Positions 50,197-60,913 are shown, counted from the stretch's first letter. The stretch: DNA of 64,000 nt from an uncultured Spirochaetota bacterium (GCA_963781885.1 CAWAHW010000001.1:512001-576000); one strand, 5' to 3'. Notes: generated by a model not told the origin, from the letters alone. Numbers and translations are program-made.

Positions 50197-52292
50197 GAGC
50201 CCCGCGTTTCCTCGACGGCGGCCGGCGCCTCCGGCTTTTCGCCGGCAACGACGAGGCCCGTCTCGGCGATCTTGAACTGCGACGTCATCTTCTGCAGCTC
50301 ATGCGCCATTGTGGCGAGCTCTTCCGTGGCGGTGGACATCTCCTGCGCCGCCGTGGCGGCGTTCTGGGTGACGTCATTCACGTTCTCGACGGCCTTGGAG
50401 ACCTGTTTCGCGTTCAGTGACTGTTCCCCGGTGGCCGCCGAGATGTTCAGGCTCATCTCGCTGATGCTGGACAGAGCGAAGGACAGCTCCTGCACGGCCT
50501 CCACCTGCTGCGTCATCGCGCCCGACAGCCCACCGATCATCTCCTTCACCTTTTCCGAGGCGACGCGGATCTGCTCCATCGCCGCCTGCGAGCCCTGCGC
50601 CGTCTTCACGCCCGTCGTCACGTTGCGCGCGCTCTCCTTGAACAGCCGACCGATCTCCTTCGTCGACGCGGAGCTCTTTTCCGCGAGCTTGCTCACCTCG
50701 GCGGCGACAACGGCGAATCCTCGGCCGTGCTCGCCGGCGCGCGCCGCCTCGATGGAGGCGTTCAGCGCCAGGAGATTCGTCTGGTCGGCGATTTCCGAGA
50801 TCACGTTCACGATCCCGCTGATCTTCTCCGAGCTTCCCGCGATTAGGTTGATGCCCTCCACCACCTGGGCGACCGCCTTCGCGCCTTCCTGCGCGTTCTC
50901 CACCGACTTGCCCGCCAGCGCGGCGATCTCCTGCAGGTTCTTCGTCACCTCCGCGATGGATTGCTGCACGCGCCCCATCGAGCGGGAGCCATTGCCCACG
51001 GCCTCGGCCTGGCCGTGCGCGTGCTCGGCAACCTGGTCGACGGACGCCGCCAGCTCCTCCACCGCCGCGCTGGTCTGCTCCAGGGTGGATGCCTGGCTCT
51101 GCGCGCCTTCCGCGAGGTCCTGCGCCTTGCCCGTGATGTGCTCGGAGGTGGAAGCGACCTTCACGGCGTTCTCCTGGATCGTCGCGACCATGCCGCGGAG
51201 GTTCTCCGACATGCCGTTCAGCGCGGCGACGAGCTTGCCGATCTCGTCCTTGCGATGGATCGGAAGCTGCTGCGCGAAGTCGCCGGATGCGACGAGCTCC
51301 GCGAATGCGACGCTGCGGGCAAGCGGCCGCGTGATGCTGCGGGAGAAGAGAAGGTACACGAGCAGGGCCGCGACGATCGCCGCCCCCGAGATGATGAGGA
51401 TGAGATTCTGCAGGTCGGTTGCCGGGGCGAGATACTCCGCGTCGGGAAGCGTCATGCCGACGCTCCACCCCGTTGCTTTCACGGGCGCGAAGCCCGCGGT
51501 CATGGGCACATCGCGGAACACGTAGGTGCCGACGCCGCTTTCACCCGCGATCATGCGCGCGGTGAGTGCGCGCGTGCCATCCATCTGCGACAGGTTCGTG
51601 GCAAAGACATTCGACGCGACCGGATGCGCGATCACGAGCCCCGTTTGGTCGATCACGTAGGCGTAGCCGCTGATGCCGATCTTTCCCTCTCGGATCAACG
51701 GATCCAGGAACTGCGCGTCGAGCACGAGGACGTAGACGCCCACGACCTTGCCGTCGGACAGGATGGGAGCCGCCACGGGAACGACCGGCTTGCTCGTCAC
51801 GTGATTGATGACCGCGGCGCCGGCGTTCGGCGTGCCGTCCAGGGCAGTCTTGATGTATGGCTCATCGGCGTAGCTCTGACCGATGTAGGCGGGACTGGAG
51901 GCGGCAAAGGCCACCCCGTCGGTGCCGATGCACATGATGGCTTCGTAGCCCTCGCCGAGCCCCTTCGACTTCTTCACTGCCACGATCCTATCGGTGGCGT
52001 TCTTCATCGCCTCCGCGACGACCTTCGACGCCGGCTTTCCCGCCGCGAGCGCCGCGGCAACGATGTCGCCGTCGAGGGCCTGCCCAACGGCGATCTTCTG
52101 CTCCTCGAGAAACACGCTGTTGATGGAGGAGGCGACAAGGCCCGCGGCGCGCGAAAGCTGCTCTGTTTCACTTCCCGTGACGGCGAGGGTCGATCTCTGG
52201 ACGGCGAGGAATGTCACCACGGCGAGCGGAATGACCATCAGGATCGTGCCCACGGCGGTGAGCTTGATTCCCAACCTCAAATTCCTCAGCAT
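50193..52292 (-). CDS. Methyl-accepting chemotaxis protein (dCache-HAMP-MA)
   Basis: Two TMs, dCache, [35 protein letters not shown]. Confidence 0.95.
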   Translation of the reverse strand: MLRNLRLGIKLTAVGTILMVIPLAVVTFLAVQRSTLAVTGSETEQLSRAAGLVASSINSVFLEEQKIAVGQALDGDIVAAALAAGKPASKVVAEAMKNATDRIVAVKKSKGLGEGYEAIMCIGTDGVAFAASSPAYIGQSYADEPYIKTALDGTPNAGAAVINHVTSKPVVPVAAPILSDGKVVGVYVLVLDAQFLDPLIREGKIGISGYAYVIDQTGLVIAHPVASNVFATNLSQMDGTRALTARMIAGESGVGTYVFRDVPMTAGFAPVKATGWSVGMTLPDAEYLAPATDLQNLILIISGAAIVAALLVYLLFSRSITRPLARSVAFAELVASGDFAQQLPIHRKDEIGKLVAALNGMSENLRGMVATIQENAVKVASTSEHITGKAQDLAEGAQSQASTLEQTSAAVEELAASVDQVAEHAHGQAEAVGNGSRSMGRVQQSIAEVTKNLQEIAALAGKSVENAQEGAKAVAQVVEGINLIAGSSEKISGIVNVISEIADQTNLLALNASIEAARAGEHGRGFAVVAAEVSKLAEKSSASTKEIGRLFKESARNVTTGVKTAQGSQAAMEQIRVASEKVKEMIGGLSGAMTQQVEAVQELSFALSSISEMSLNISAATGEQSLNAKQVSKAVENVNDVTQNAATAAQEMSTATEELATMAHELQKMTSQFKIAETGLVVAGEKPEAPAAVEETRGS

Positions 52293-52386
52293 GGCAAACT
52301 CCGATCCGCATCTCGCCGCGATGGCACGGCGCGCCCCGCGATTATATGCTACCGGCGCCTCGGCGCAAGGGCGCGCCGCGGCTGGT

Positions 52387-52746
52387 TCAGGGATCCCGGT
52401 CCGGCAGGGACGCCCCGGGGAAACCCCGCACGGGGTGGAGCTCATAGGTGAAAATACCGGCCTTCACACCCGGGTCTTCATCCATGATCGCCCTGACCTC
52501 CGCTTCTTCGACGCAGAAGACGCCAAAGCCCCGCAGCGGACCGCCGTCCACCACGGGACAGATGATCGGAAGCTTCCCCGCCTTGCGCAGCGACATATTC
52601 CGCCGTCCGTGCTCGTAGATGATCGCCTTGGAACCGGGAGAGTCGTAGTTCGGACCGGCCTTCAGGATCAGGCCGCAGTAGCTTCGCGCGTGCGCGAGCG
52701 ATTCGCGGAACTCGTCATCGCCGATGATGTCCACGTTGTCTTTCAC
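52387..52746 (-). CDS. YCII-related dimeric alpha/beta-barrel protein
   Basis: EH..., G+[23 protein letters not shown]. Confidence 0.65.
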   Translation of the reverse strand: MKDNVDIIGDDEFRESLAHARSYCGLILKAGPNYDSPGSKAIIYEHGRRNMSLRKAGKLPIICPVVDGGPLRGFGVFCVEEAEVRAIMDEDPGVKAGIFTYELHPVRGFPGASLPDRDP

Positions 52747-52842
52747 GGCTTTAACCTACACCGGGAACGGCGAATCGCCAAGAAGGACCCGGCTCGCCCC
52801 TGCCGCATCGCTCATGATAGGCTTGACGTGAACGGAGGGAGT

Positions 52843-53832
52843 ATGGCGAAAAAGGCCGGGACCCCGGGCGCCGCAAAGAAGCCGGCGAGGCCGCGCAAAA
52901 AGAAGGGCGCGCTCTCAATCGAGGGGCTGAGCGCCGTCGAGGTGACCGCGGAGCCGTCGCCGCCGGAGATCGAAGGCATGGGCCGGTTGATACGGGAAAG
53001 CGGCGGCGGGGTGGTGGGGACGTACCGCGACCCCGTGGGCGGGCACTGGCACCTGATCGCCAGCCTGCCCATAGACAAGGTCGAGCCGACCCCGTTCCAA
53101 CGCGACCTGTCGAAGACCCACGTGGAAAGGCTCGGCAGCGTCATCGGGCGCATGGGCCGTTTCCTCGATCCCATCATCGTCGTGCGCGCGGCGTCGGGAG
53201 TCTTCTGGACGCCCAACGGCCACCATCGCCTTGCCGCAATGCGGCAGCTTGGCGCGCGTTCCATACTCGCGGTTGTCGTTCCCGAGCTCGCCGTCGCCTA
53301 CCAGATCCTCGCCATGAACACGGAGAAGGGTCACAACCTGAGGGAAAAGGCCCTGGAGGTGATCCGCATGGCGCGCTCCCTGGCCGAGCTCGACCCGGCA
53401 TCCGGGCGGATAGAGAAGGACTGCGCGCTGGAGTTCGAGGAGCCGGCCTATCTTACCCTCGGCGTAGCCTACGAAAAGCGCGGGCGCCTGAGCGGCGGGG
53501 CCTACCACCCGGTGTTGAAGCGCGTGGAGCAATTCCTCGAGTCGCCGCTGCCGCAGGCGCTGGAGGTGCGCGCCGCGCGCGCCGACAAGCTCCTGGCGCT
53601 TGACGACCTTGTGGCGGCGGCGGTTGCCGCCCTCAAGGACCGGGGCTTCACGAGCCCCTACCTGAAGGCATTCGTCGTGGCGCGGCTGAACCCGCTTCGG
53701 TTCCGCAAGGGCGCGACGATGAGCGCCGACGAGGCCCTTGATGCAATGGCCGCCGCCGCGCAGAAGTTCGACGCGGAGAAGGTGAAGGTCGGAGATCTCG
53801 CGGCCGCCCCGCCCGGGCCGGCGGAGGAATGA
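52843..53832 (+). CDS. Orphan ParB/sulfiredoxin-fold protein
   Basis: GGAGG RBS; PTPFQRDL, LDPIIV, PNGHHRLAA, AMNTEK; no parA nearby. Confidence 0.8.
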   Translation: MAKKAGTPGAAKKPARPRKKKGALSIEGLSAVEVTAEPSPPEIEGMGRLIRESGGGVVGTYRDPVGGHWHLIASLPIDKVEPTPFQRDLSKTHVERLGSVIGRMGRFLDPIIVVRAASGVFWTPNGHHRLAAMRQLGARSILAVVVPELAVAYQILAMNTEKGHNLREKALEVIRMARSLAELDPASGRIEKDCALEFEEPAYLTLGVAYEKRGRLSGGAYHPVLKRVEQFLESPLPQALEVRAARADKLLALDDLVAAAVAALKDRGFTSPYLKAFVVARLNPLRFRKGATMSADEALDAMAAAAQKFDAEKVKVGDLAAAPPGPAEE

Positions 53833-53838
53833 CGCCGC

Positions 53839-54684
53839 ATGCACACGACACTGGTCAACACGACAACCGCTGCCGCGCGTATTGCCAACCCCGACTGGCT
53901 TTTCGTCGACTGCCGCTTCAACATGCAGGATCCTGCGGCAGCCTTGCGCGACTACCAGGCTTCCCACATTCCCGGCGCACTGCGTGCAGATCTGGATGCT
54001 GACCTTTCGGGTCCCATCGTGCCGGGCCGGACGGGACGTCATCCCCTTCCGGCGCCCGACGCCCTTGTGCGCGTTTTTTCAGATTGGGGTATCGGGCCGC
54101 AGACCCAGGTCGTCGCCTATGATGAATCGACGGGCGCGATGGCCGCCGCGCGGCTGTGGTGGCTCCTGAAATGGGCAGGCCACGATCCGGTGGCGGTCCT
54201 GGACGGCGGCCTCAAAGCCTGGAGAGCCGCGGGGCTTCCCTGCAGCGAAGGGGCAGAGTCGCGGCAGGTGACGCCTTTTGCCGCGAGCTTCCGTCACGAG
54301 ATGGCCGTGGATGCGCGGCAGGTGCTCTCCGTGCTGAAAGATCCCGACTGGGTCGTGCTCGATGCAAGGGCTGCCGACCGGTATCATGGGCAGAATGAGA
54401 CGATCGACCCTACGGCCGGCCATATCGCAGGCGCCTTCTCCGCGCCGTACGCCGCCGCCCTTCGGGAGGACGGCACGTTCAAAGCGCAGGCGGAGGTCTC
54501 TGCCCTTTACCGTGCCGCGATGACCGGCCATGATGCCACACACACCGTTTTCTACTGCGGCTCGGGAGTCACCGCGACGCACGGCATCCTTGCCTGCGCG
54601 CACGCGGGTCTGGGCACGCCGCGACTCTACGCCGGCTCCTGGAGCGAATGGATCACCGACCCGTCGAGGCCGACCGCGCGATAA
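53839..54684 (+). CDS. Tandem rhodanese sulfurtransferase (SseA/3-MST-like)
   Basis: HIPGA, GRHPLP, AARLWW, LDGG, active site YCGSGVT, YAGSWSEW. Confidence 0.93.
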   Translation: MHTTLVNTTTAAARIANPDWLFVDCRFNMQDPAAALRDYQASHIPGALRADLDADLSGPIVPGRTGRHPLPAPDALVRVFSDWGIGPQTQVVAYDESTGAMAAARLWWLLKWAGHDPVAVLDGGLKAWRAAGLPCSEGAESRQVTPFAASFRHEMAVDARQVLSVLKDPDWVVLDARAADRYHGQNETIDPTAGHIAGAFSAPYAAALREDGTFKAQAEVSALYRAAMTGHDATHTVFYCGSGVTATHGILACAHAGLGTPRLYAGSWSEWITDPSRPTAR

Positions 54685-54739
54685 GGGTCGGGCCATACGG
54701 GCGGCCCTTCGTTCGCCTGAGGCTCCCCTCAGGCTGACC

Positions 54740-56143
54740 TTATGCCTCCGATGCGTTCCGTTCGAGCGATGCGGTCGGCACCATGCCCCGATACGCGCGC
54801 AGGTACAAAGCCCCGCCGAGCACCACCACGAGGGAGAAGCCCATCATCAGGTTGCTGTAAGCAGATCCGGTGGATGCTGCGATACGCGGTAGCAACGCCA
54901 CGTTCAGCCACGTGCCCGCAAGGAGCCTGCCGACCACTGCGGTGCCGATTGCCCCCGACATGACGCCGACGAGATTGAAAAGACCCATGCCGACGCCCGT
55001 CTCGTGCTCGGGCAGCGTCTGGGAGACGCTGTTGATCATCGCCGTCTGGAAGAGCGCGAAGCCGATGTAGGTGGCGAGCAGCCCCGCCGCCACGACGAGC
55101 GACGAGACACTTTCCAGGAATGCCATCACGACGAAGCTCGTCGCCAGGAGCGCCAACCCCAGGGCGACCACGAAGCTGTTGCCTTTCCGGTCCGCCAGCC
55201 TGCCGCCAATGGGCCCGAATATCACGGAGCTGATCGCGCCGGGGAAAAGGATGAGCCCGATCTGGCTCGTGCCCAGGTGATGGACGTCGCTCAACATCAG
55301 CGGAACGAGGAAAAGCACGCCGATCACGACGAAAAAGAGGCAGAAACCGACGATCACGCCGTTGCGGAACCGGACGTTCGCAAAAAGTGACGGTGCAATG
55401 AACGGATCCGGCGCGCGCCGGATGCGAATGATGAAAAGGGCCAGCAGGACCACGAACGCCGCCAGGTAATACCAGGCGCTGAAGTTGAGATAGACCACGA
55501 TGGATCCGAGCGTGAGAGCAACCAGCGCGGCGCCGAGCAGGTCCACCTTTCCCTCCCGGCGCGGCTCGCGCGGCAGCTCCCGTGCAAGGAAGGGTATCGC
55601 GACCAGGAGGAGCAGCGGAATCAGGAAGAGGAAGGACCAATGCAGCTTCGCGGAGACGAAGCCGCCGATGACCGGCCCCAGCCCGATTGCAAGGGAAACC
55701 GTGGAGGTGATGATGCCGAAGACCCTGCCGCGCGCCTCCGGGGCAAAGTAGCGCGCCACCACGACGAAGATCAACGCCGGAATCGCCGAGCCGCCCATGC
55801 CCTGGATGGCCCTGGCGACCACCACGAGGGGATAGGAAGACTGCAGCGCGAATCCCATGACCGAGCCCACGAGGTAGAGGGTCACCCCGATCATGATGAG
55901 CCGCCGCAAGCTGTAGATGTCGGAGAGCTTTCCGTAGATGACCGAGCCGATGCCAAAGAAGACCATGAAGATCGTCATCATCCAGCTCACGCCGGCCGGG
56001 GTGAGGGAGAACTGGCGCGCGATCATGGGGGTGGAGACGTTGAAGACGGTCTCATTCAGGACCGCAAAGAATATGAGATAGATGATCCAGGGGACCAGGC
56101 GCTTGGGGTTCAAAAAATGCTCCTTTGCCGGAGAAAATAACAT
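54740..56143 (-). CDS. 14-TM MFS efflux transporter (DHA2, Tet(K)/Tet(L)-like)
   Basis: FFAVLNETVFNVSTP, YGKLSD..S.RR, ARAIQG.G, GPVIGG motifs. Confidence 0.88.
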   Translation of the reverse strand: MLFSPAKEHFLNPKRLVPWIIYLIFFAVLNETVFNVSTPMIARQFSLTPAGVSWMMTIFMVFFGIGSVIYGKLSDIYSLRRLIMIGVTLYLVGSVMGFALQSSYPLVVVARAIQGMGGSAIPALIFVVVARYFAPEARGRVFGIITSTVSLAIGLGPVIGGFVSAKLHWSFLFLIPLLLLVAIPFLARELPREPRREGKVDLLGAALVALTLGSIVVYLNFSAWYYLAAFVVLLALFIIRIRRAPDPFIAPSLFANVRFRNGVIVGFCLFFVVIGVLFLVPLMLSDVHHLGTSQIGLILFPGAISSVIFGPIGGRLADRKGNSFVVALGLALLATSFVVMAFLESVSSLVVAAGLLATYIGFALFQTAMINSVSQTLPEHETGVGMGLFNLVGVMSGAIGTAVVGRLLAGTWLNVALLPRIAASTGSAYSNLMMGFSLVVVLGGALYLRAYRGMVPTASLERNASEA

Positions 56144-56371
56144 ATGGAATTTTGCATATACTTGGCAAATGGAAAGCCGGGAACTGCCGATGTATTTCTC
56201 TGTGGGGGAAAGTTTACCGTGCGGAAATAGGGCAGCCAGCTCCTGCTGCCACTCGTATTCCTTGACTCCGGCCGGGGCCGTTTGTAGCTTCTCTCACCGG
56301 GAGGGTACAGCCGTCGCCCTGGCGCGCCTCCTGGCCCTCGCCCGGACGTCGAGCGTTCGAGGAGGGTGGTG

Positions 56372-57271
56372 ATGGCAGCACATGCGTCCTGGAAGGGATT
56401 CCTGAAGCTCAGCCTCGTGTCGGTTCCCGTCAAGGCATACACGGCAACGGCCACCGGCAGCGACATCACGCTGCATCAGCTTCACGCGCAGACCCATACC
56501 CGCATCCAGTACAAGAAATTCGCCCCCGAGGTCGGCGAGGTATCGAGCGACCAGATCGTGAAGGGCTACGAATACGACAAGGGCCAGTACGTCATCATCG
56601 ACGAGGATGAGCTGGACAAGCTGCGCACGGAGAACGACAAGGCCATCCGCATCGACGGCTTCATCCCGCCCGACCAGTTGAGCACGGTCTATCTCGGCGG
56701 CAGGACCTACTTCCTGACCCCGGACGGCCCCGTGGGACAGAAGCCGTACAACCTCCTCATGAAAGGGATGGAAAAGGCGGGCCTCTGCGCCATCGCGGAA
56801 GTGGTCATTTCCCAGAAGGAGCAGGTCGTCATGGTGAGGCCCGTCGACGGGGTGCTCGCGATGACGGTGCTCAACCGCAAGGACGAGGTGAAGGCAGCCT
56901 CCGCGTTCAAGGACGAGATCACGGAGACGGAGGCCACGGAGGCGGAGAGATCGCTCGCCGATACCCTCATCCAGGCGTCGATCATCAAGGAGTTTGATTT
57001 CGGCCGCTACCACGACGTCTACAAGGAGAAGCTCACGAAGCTCATCCAGCTGAAGATTGAAGGCAAGGAGGTGGTCCAGGTGCGCGACCCCGAGGAGCCG
57101 AAGATCATCAACCTGATGGAGGCCCTCAAGCGCAGCGTGGAGGAAGCCCAGGCCGCGGGACGCACCGGTGGCGAGGAAAAGAAGAAGGCAAAGGCCGGCC
57201 TGAAGCAGACCGCCAGCGCCAAGCCTGCAAAGACGGTCACGGCTGCGCCGAAGAAGAGGAAGGTTGTCTAA
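56372..57271 (+). CDS. ku: Non-homologous end joining protein Ku
   Basis: WKGFLKLSLVSVPVK.Y, LHQLH, RIQYK, IVKGYEY, INLMEALKRS, Lys-rich tail; GGAGG RBS. Confidence 0.96.
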   Translation: MAAHASWKGFLKLSLVSVPVKAYTATATGSDITLHQLHAQTHTRIQYKKFAPEVGEVSSDQIVKGYEYDKGQYVIIDEDELDKLRTENDKAIRIDGFIPPDQLSTVYLGGRTYFLTPDGPVGQKPYNLLMKGMEKAGLCAIAEVVISQKEQVVMVRPVDGVLAMTVLNRKDEVKAASAFKDEITETEATEAERSLADTLIQASIIKEFDFGRYHDVYKEKLTKLIQLKIEGKEVVQVRDPEEPKIINLMEALKRSVEEAQAAGRTGGEEKKKAKAGLKQTASAKPAKTVTAAPKKRKVV

Positions 57272-58157
57272 GCACCTCCCGCGCCTCGTGCCGCCCATGC
57301 TGGCCGTGATGGGCCAGCCCTTCGATTCGGACACCCATTTCTTCGAGTTCAAGTGGGACGGCTACCGCGCCGTGGCGATGGTGGAGGACGGCGCCGTTCG
57401 CCTGGTGAGCAGGAAGGGCATCGACCTGACGGGTCGCTACCCGGCCCTTGCGCCGCTGGGCACGCTCCCCGCGGGGCTCGCGCTCGACGGGGAGATCGTC
57501 GCCTTTCGCAACGGCGTGCCGAGCTTCGAGCTGGTCGCGCACCACGATCGCGCGGCAACGGAGCCGCTGAAGTTCATTGCGTTCGACATCCTCTATCAAG
57601 CGTTCGAGCCGGTCATGGACCGGCCGTTCACGGAGCGCCGCGCGATGCTGGAGCGCGTGATCGCGGAGTCGCCACGCCCGCCGCTCGTTCTCTCGGAAGG
57701 CGTAGCGGCCACGGGAAAGGCCCTCTTCGAGAGGGCCTGCGTCCAGGGCCTCGAGGGCGTGGTGGCAAAACGGCTGGGGAGCACGTACGCCCCGGGCAAG
57801 AGGAATGGCGCCTGGGTCAAGATCAAGAGGCGTCTCAGCGTCCAGGTCGTCATCATCGGGTATATCGAAAAGGAAGGCCGCGATTTCCAGAGCCTCCTGG
57901 TGGCCTCCAACGGAATCCCGGGCGGCACGGGCGGACCGCTCCTCTACATCGGGAAGGTGGGGGGCGGGTTCACGGACGCAGTACGCGCGGAGCTGAACGC
58001 GCTCCTGCGGGAGCATCCCCGGGCAAAGCCCCTGGTGGCCTGTCCCGAGCGTGGCACATGGGTTGAGCCGGGCCTCTACTGCACGGTAAGCTTTGCAGAG
58101 ATGACCGGGGCCGGCATGCTTCGCGCTCCGGTCTTCGAGGGACTGATACACGCGTAA
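57264..58157 (+). CDS. Stand-alone ATP-dependent DNA ligase (LigD/LigC ligase + OB domains only)
   Basis: Motif I EFKWDGYR, LDGEIV, FDIL, EGVVAK, WVKIK, LRAPVF; overlaps the ku stop. Confidence 0.92.
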   Translation: MSKHLPRLVPPMLAVMGQPFDSDTHFFEFKWDGYRAVAMVEDGAVRLVSRKGIDLTGRYPALAPLGTLPAGLALDGEIVAFRNGVPSFELVAHHDRAATEPLKFIAFDILYQAFEPVMDRPFTERRAMLERVIAESPRPPLVLSEGVAATGKALFERACVQGLEGVVAKRLGSTYAPGKRNGAWVKIKRRLSVQVVIIGYIEKEGRDFQSLLVASNGIPGGTGGPLLYIGKVGGGFTDAVRAELNALLREHPRAKPLVACPERGTWVEPGLYCTVSFAEMTGAGMLRAPVFEGLIHA

Positions 58158-58163
58158 GGACCG

Positions 58164-59354
58164 ATGGACACCACACCGTTGACGGGGGCAGAGGTCGCCC
58201 TGACAGGTCGTCTTCTCTCCATGACGCGCGCGCAGGCCGTGAAGCTCCTGCAGCAGGCGGGAGCGCGGCACGCGCGCGAGCCCGGCGCGTCCACCGCGCT
58301 GCTCGTGGCCGGGGAGGCCATCGGCAACCTCACCTCGGACGGCCGGATATCGCACAGCCTCGAGCTGTTCCGGCAGCTGAAGAGGCAGGGCAGCGCCATC
58401 CGCCTGGTGGAGGAGACGGAGTTCCTCCGCCTGCTGGGCGCGCAGGACTCGCTCGCCGACATCTCCCGGCTGTACACCGCTGAGCAGGTGAGCCGCATCG
58501 TGGAGGCGCCGCTTTCCGAGGTGCGCGCCTGGGTGCGCAAAGGCCTGCTCCAGCCGGCCCGGCAGCACAACCGGCTTGCCTGGTTCGAGTTCAAGAACAT
58601 CGTTCAGGCGCGCAACCTGAGCAGGCTCACCGCTTCAGGCGTACCGGCATCGCAGATCCACAGGAGCCTGTCGGAGATCGCGCGCTGGCTGCCCGACGGT
58701 GAGCGCATCATCGGCCGGCTGGAGGCCTACGCGCGCGGCCTGCGTGTGAGGCTTCCCGATGGCGGGCTCGCCGAGCCCAGCGGGCAGCGCCTCATGGATT
58801 TCCAGCGCAGCGGCAGGGGCGATGCGAGCCTCCAAGAGGTGAGGCGGGTATCGGTCTTTCCGTCCGAGGTTGCCGCGCCGCCGAAAGCCGGCACGCCTTC
58901 TGCCGCGGACTGGCGCGCTGCTGCCGAAGAGGCCGAGGAGCAAGGCGACCTCGGCGCGGCCGCGCTGGGCTATGCGCGGGCGGTTGCGGACGCACCCGAC
59001 GCGGAGACATTCTTCGACCTGGGCAATGTCCTCTACGAGCTGGGCAGGGAGGGGGAGGCGGCGGAGCGCTACTTGCAGGCCATCCAGCTCGAGCACGACT
59101 TCGCCGAGGCGTGGAACAACCTGGGCAACGCGCTCGTGGCGCTCCGCAAGCTGGAGGACGGCGTGCGCGCCTACGAGATGGCGCTTGCCCTGGAGCCCGG
59201 CTATCCCGACGCGCACTGCAATCTTGCCACCGTTCTGGAACGGCTGGGTCTCTCAGAGAAAGCCATGGCCCACCGGGGCGCCTGCCTGCGCGGGCTTCCT
59301 AGCGAAGCGCATCTCAGCCTGCTGCGCCAGCCGGCACGCGCTGACGAGGATTAG
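58164..59354 (+). CDS. BRCT + MerR-type HTH + TPR protein
   Basis: BRCT like that of NAD ligase (ALTGRL.SMTR..A..L..AG..LLVAGE..EETEFLRLL); MerR HTH (YTAEQVSRI..VRAWVRKGLL.P); 3-4 TPRs (AWNNLGNAL). Confidence 0.85.
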   Translation: MDTTPLTGAEVALTGRLLSMTRAQAVKLLQQAGARHAREPGASTALLVAGEAIGNLTSDGRISHSLELFRQLKRQGSAIRLVEETEFLRLLGAQDSLADISRLYTAEQVSRIVEAPLSEVRAWVRKGLLQPARQHNRLAWFEFKNIVQARNLSRLTASGVPASQIHRSLSEIARWLPDGERIIGRLEAYARGLRVRLPDGGLAEPSGQRLMDFQRSGRGDASLQEVRRVSVFPSEVAAPPKAGTPSAADWRAAAEEAEEQGDLGAAALGYARAVADAPDAETFFDLGNVLYELGREGEAAERYLQAIQLEHDFAEAWNNLGNALVALRKLEDGVRAYEMALALEPGYPDAHCNLATVLERLGLSEKAMAHRGACLRGLPSEAHLSLLRQPARADED

Positions 59355-59695
59355 CTGAAGTCTTCTTGAATGGGAGGACATGGCCGATACCACGCGGGAA
59401 GAGCTTTGCAGTGGCAACGGGGTCTGACTCCTGGTGGATCCTTGCTGGGCCCACTTGAGAGGGGGTACAAACCACGTCAAAGCCCGCCACGAGCGTCCTT
59501 ACGAAGACGAGCAAAGCTTTTCGGAAGTGGGGTACAACAGTCTTCTCGCTGAAACACTAGAACGATTTGTTTGACGTGAATATGAGTGAATAAGTAATAT
59601 TAATTGAGCACAGGGACTCTTCCAGCAGCGCACGGCTCGCCGTCGCAGCCAGGAAAAGCTCTTTAGTCTTTTCCGCGAGGGGGTAAGAGGTTTTT

Positions 59696-60913
59696 ATGAA
59701 AAGGATTTTATTCTTAGGTGCTCTGTTGCTCGTATTGGGTCTGGCGGCTTGTAAAACGCCGTCGCCGAGTGGAACTTCCTACTCCTACTGGCAAGCATAT
59801 TCGAGCGCAGTTGATTCCAGCGGCAACTACTACGTCGCCGGAACGCTCGCAACCTCGGCTCAGGCGTCGAACTCCACAAATACCCAAGGCATCCCGGTCT
59901 ACTGGGAAAACGGCGAAGCAGCACCGCAGCCACTGCCGATGGGCACAAATGGGGATAGCACGGCCAACAACTTTGGTTTTGCAGAGCGCGTTGTGACCCA
60001 AGGGACTCATGTTTATATCGTAGGCGGAGTGAATCACACCACGACCAGTGGCGTGGCCAACTCTCAAGCGGTCTACTGGAAAGACGGCGCGATAAACGTA
60101 CTATCCCTGAGCGGCGGCAACACTTGGGGGTGGGCAGACTGCATTGCCGTTGATGGCTCAGGGAACGTTTATGTTCTAGGTGAAGAGGGCAATAGCTCTA
60201 CCTATTACGCAATCTGGAAGAATGGCACTGTCCTTGCTTCCGCCGCAGCGAACCCATACTTCAACAATCAAGGGATCGCCGTGGACTCCAGCGGCAACAT
60301 ATGGGTCATTGGTCTCTATGGAACTTCGAACAACACCGCCGCAGCCGCATACGGTGAGTACAGTTCTTCCGGAAGCTTGCTAGCCAATGGCACGCCGTCA
60401 GGCGCCACAAACCTTACCGGCATTGTCGCGGACGCTTCCGGACACGTGTACATGTCAGGAACAACTGGAGGATCGCCTTTCTCCTATTCGACAGGCTATA
60501 GCAACAATTGGACACCAACCGTCTGGAAAAACTTGGTCGCTACATCTCAGGCCCTCACGGTGGGAGCCACAACCTACACCTACGGGTTTGCAAGGTCCCT
60601 CGCTCTTGACTCCTCGGCAAATATCTACGCCAGCGGAGTTGTGTTCAGTCCAGGCCCCACCGTACCTGTGTACTGGAAGTTGAACACCACCGCGACGGAG
60701 CTGAATGTGACAGGCTTCAGCTCTAATGCGGCTTGGCAACAATCAAGCATCGCTGTTGACGGATCGGGGAATGTGGATGCCGAAATCGAGACTACCCCTG
60801 GTACGGCGACTCAGACGAACAATTTCTTTGTCGCTCCTACGGCCTTGATCAATTGGATGGGAGCTTCAAACGCGCCAACGACCCTGATGAGCAATCCCGT
60901 GACTGTGCAATAG
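59696..60913 (+). CDS. AT-richer lipoprotein with beta-propeller-like repeats
   Basis: Lipobox LGLAA-C; repeated AVD.SGN.YV.G and YWKNG/VWKN motifs. Confidence 0.8.
   Translation: MKRILFLGALLLVLGLAACKTPSPSGTSYSYWQAYSSAVDSSGNYYVAGTLATSAQASNSTNTQGIPVYWENGEAAPQPLPMGTNGDSTANNFGFAERVVTQGTHVYIVGGVNHTTTSGVANSQAVYWKDGAINVLSLSGGNTWGWADCIAVDGSGNVYVLGEEGNSSTYYAIWKNGTVLASAAANPYFNNQGIAVDSSGNIWVIGLYGTSNNTAAAAYGEYSSSGSLLANGTPSGATNLTGIVADASGHVYMSGTTGGSPFSYSTGYSNNWTPTVWKNLVATSQALTVGATTYTYGFARSLALDSSANIYASGVVFSPGPTVPVYWKLNTTATELNVTGFSSNAAWQQSSIAVDGSGNVDAEIETTPGTATQTNNFFVAPTALINWMGASNAPTTLMSNPVTVQ

Noticed and set aside
59400-59690. Possible riboswitch upstream of the lipoprotein gene
   Set aside because: Could not match known aptamer cores by eye; an Infernal/Rfam search would be needed.
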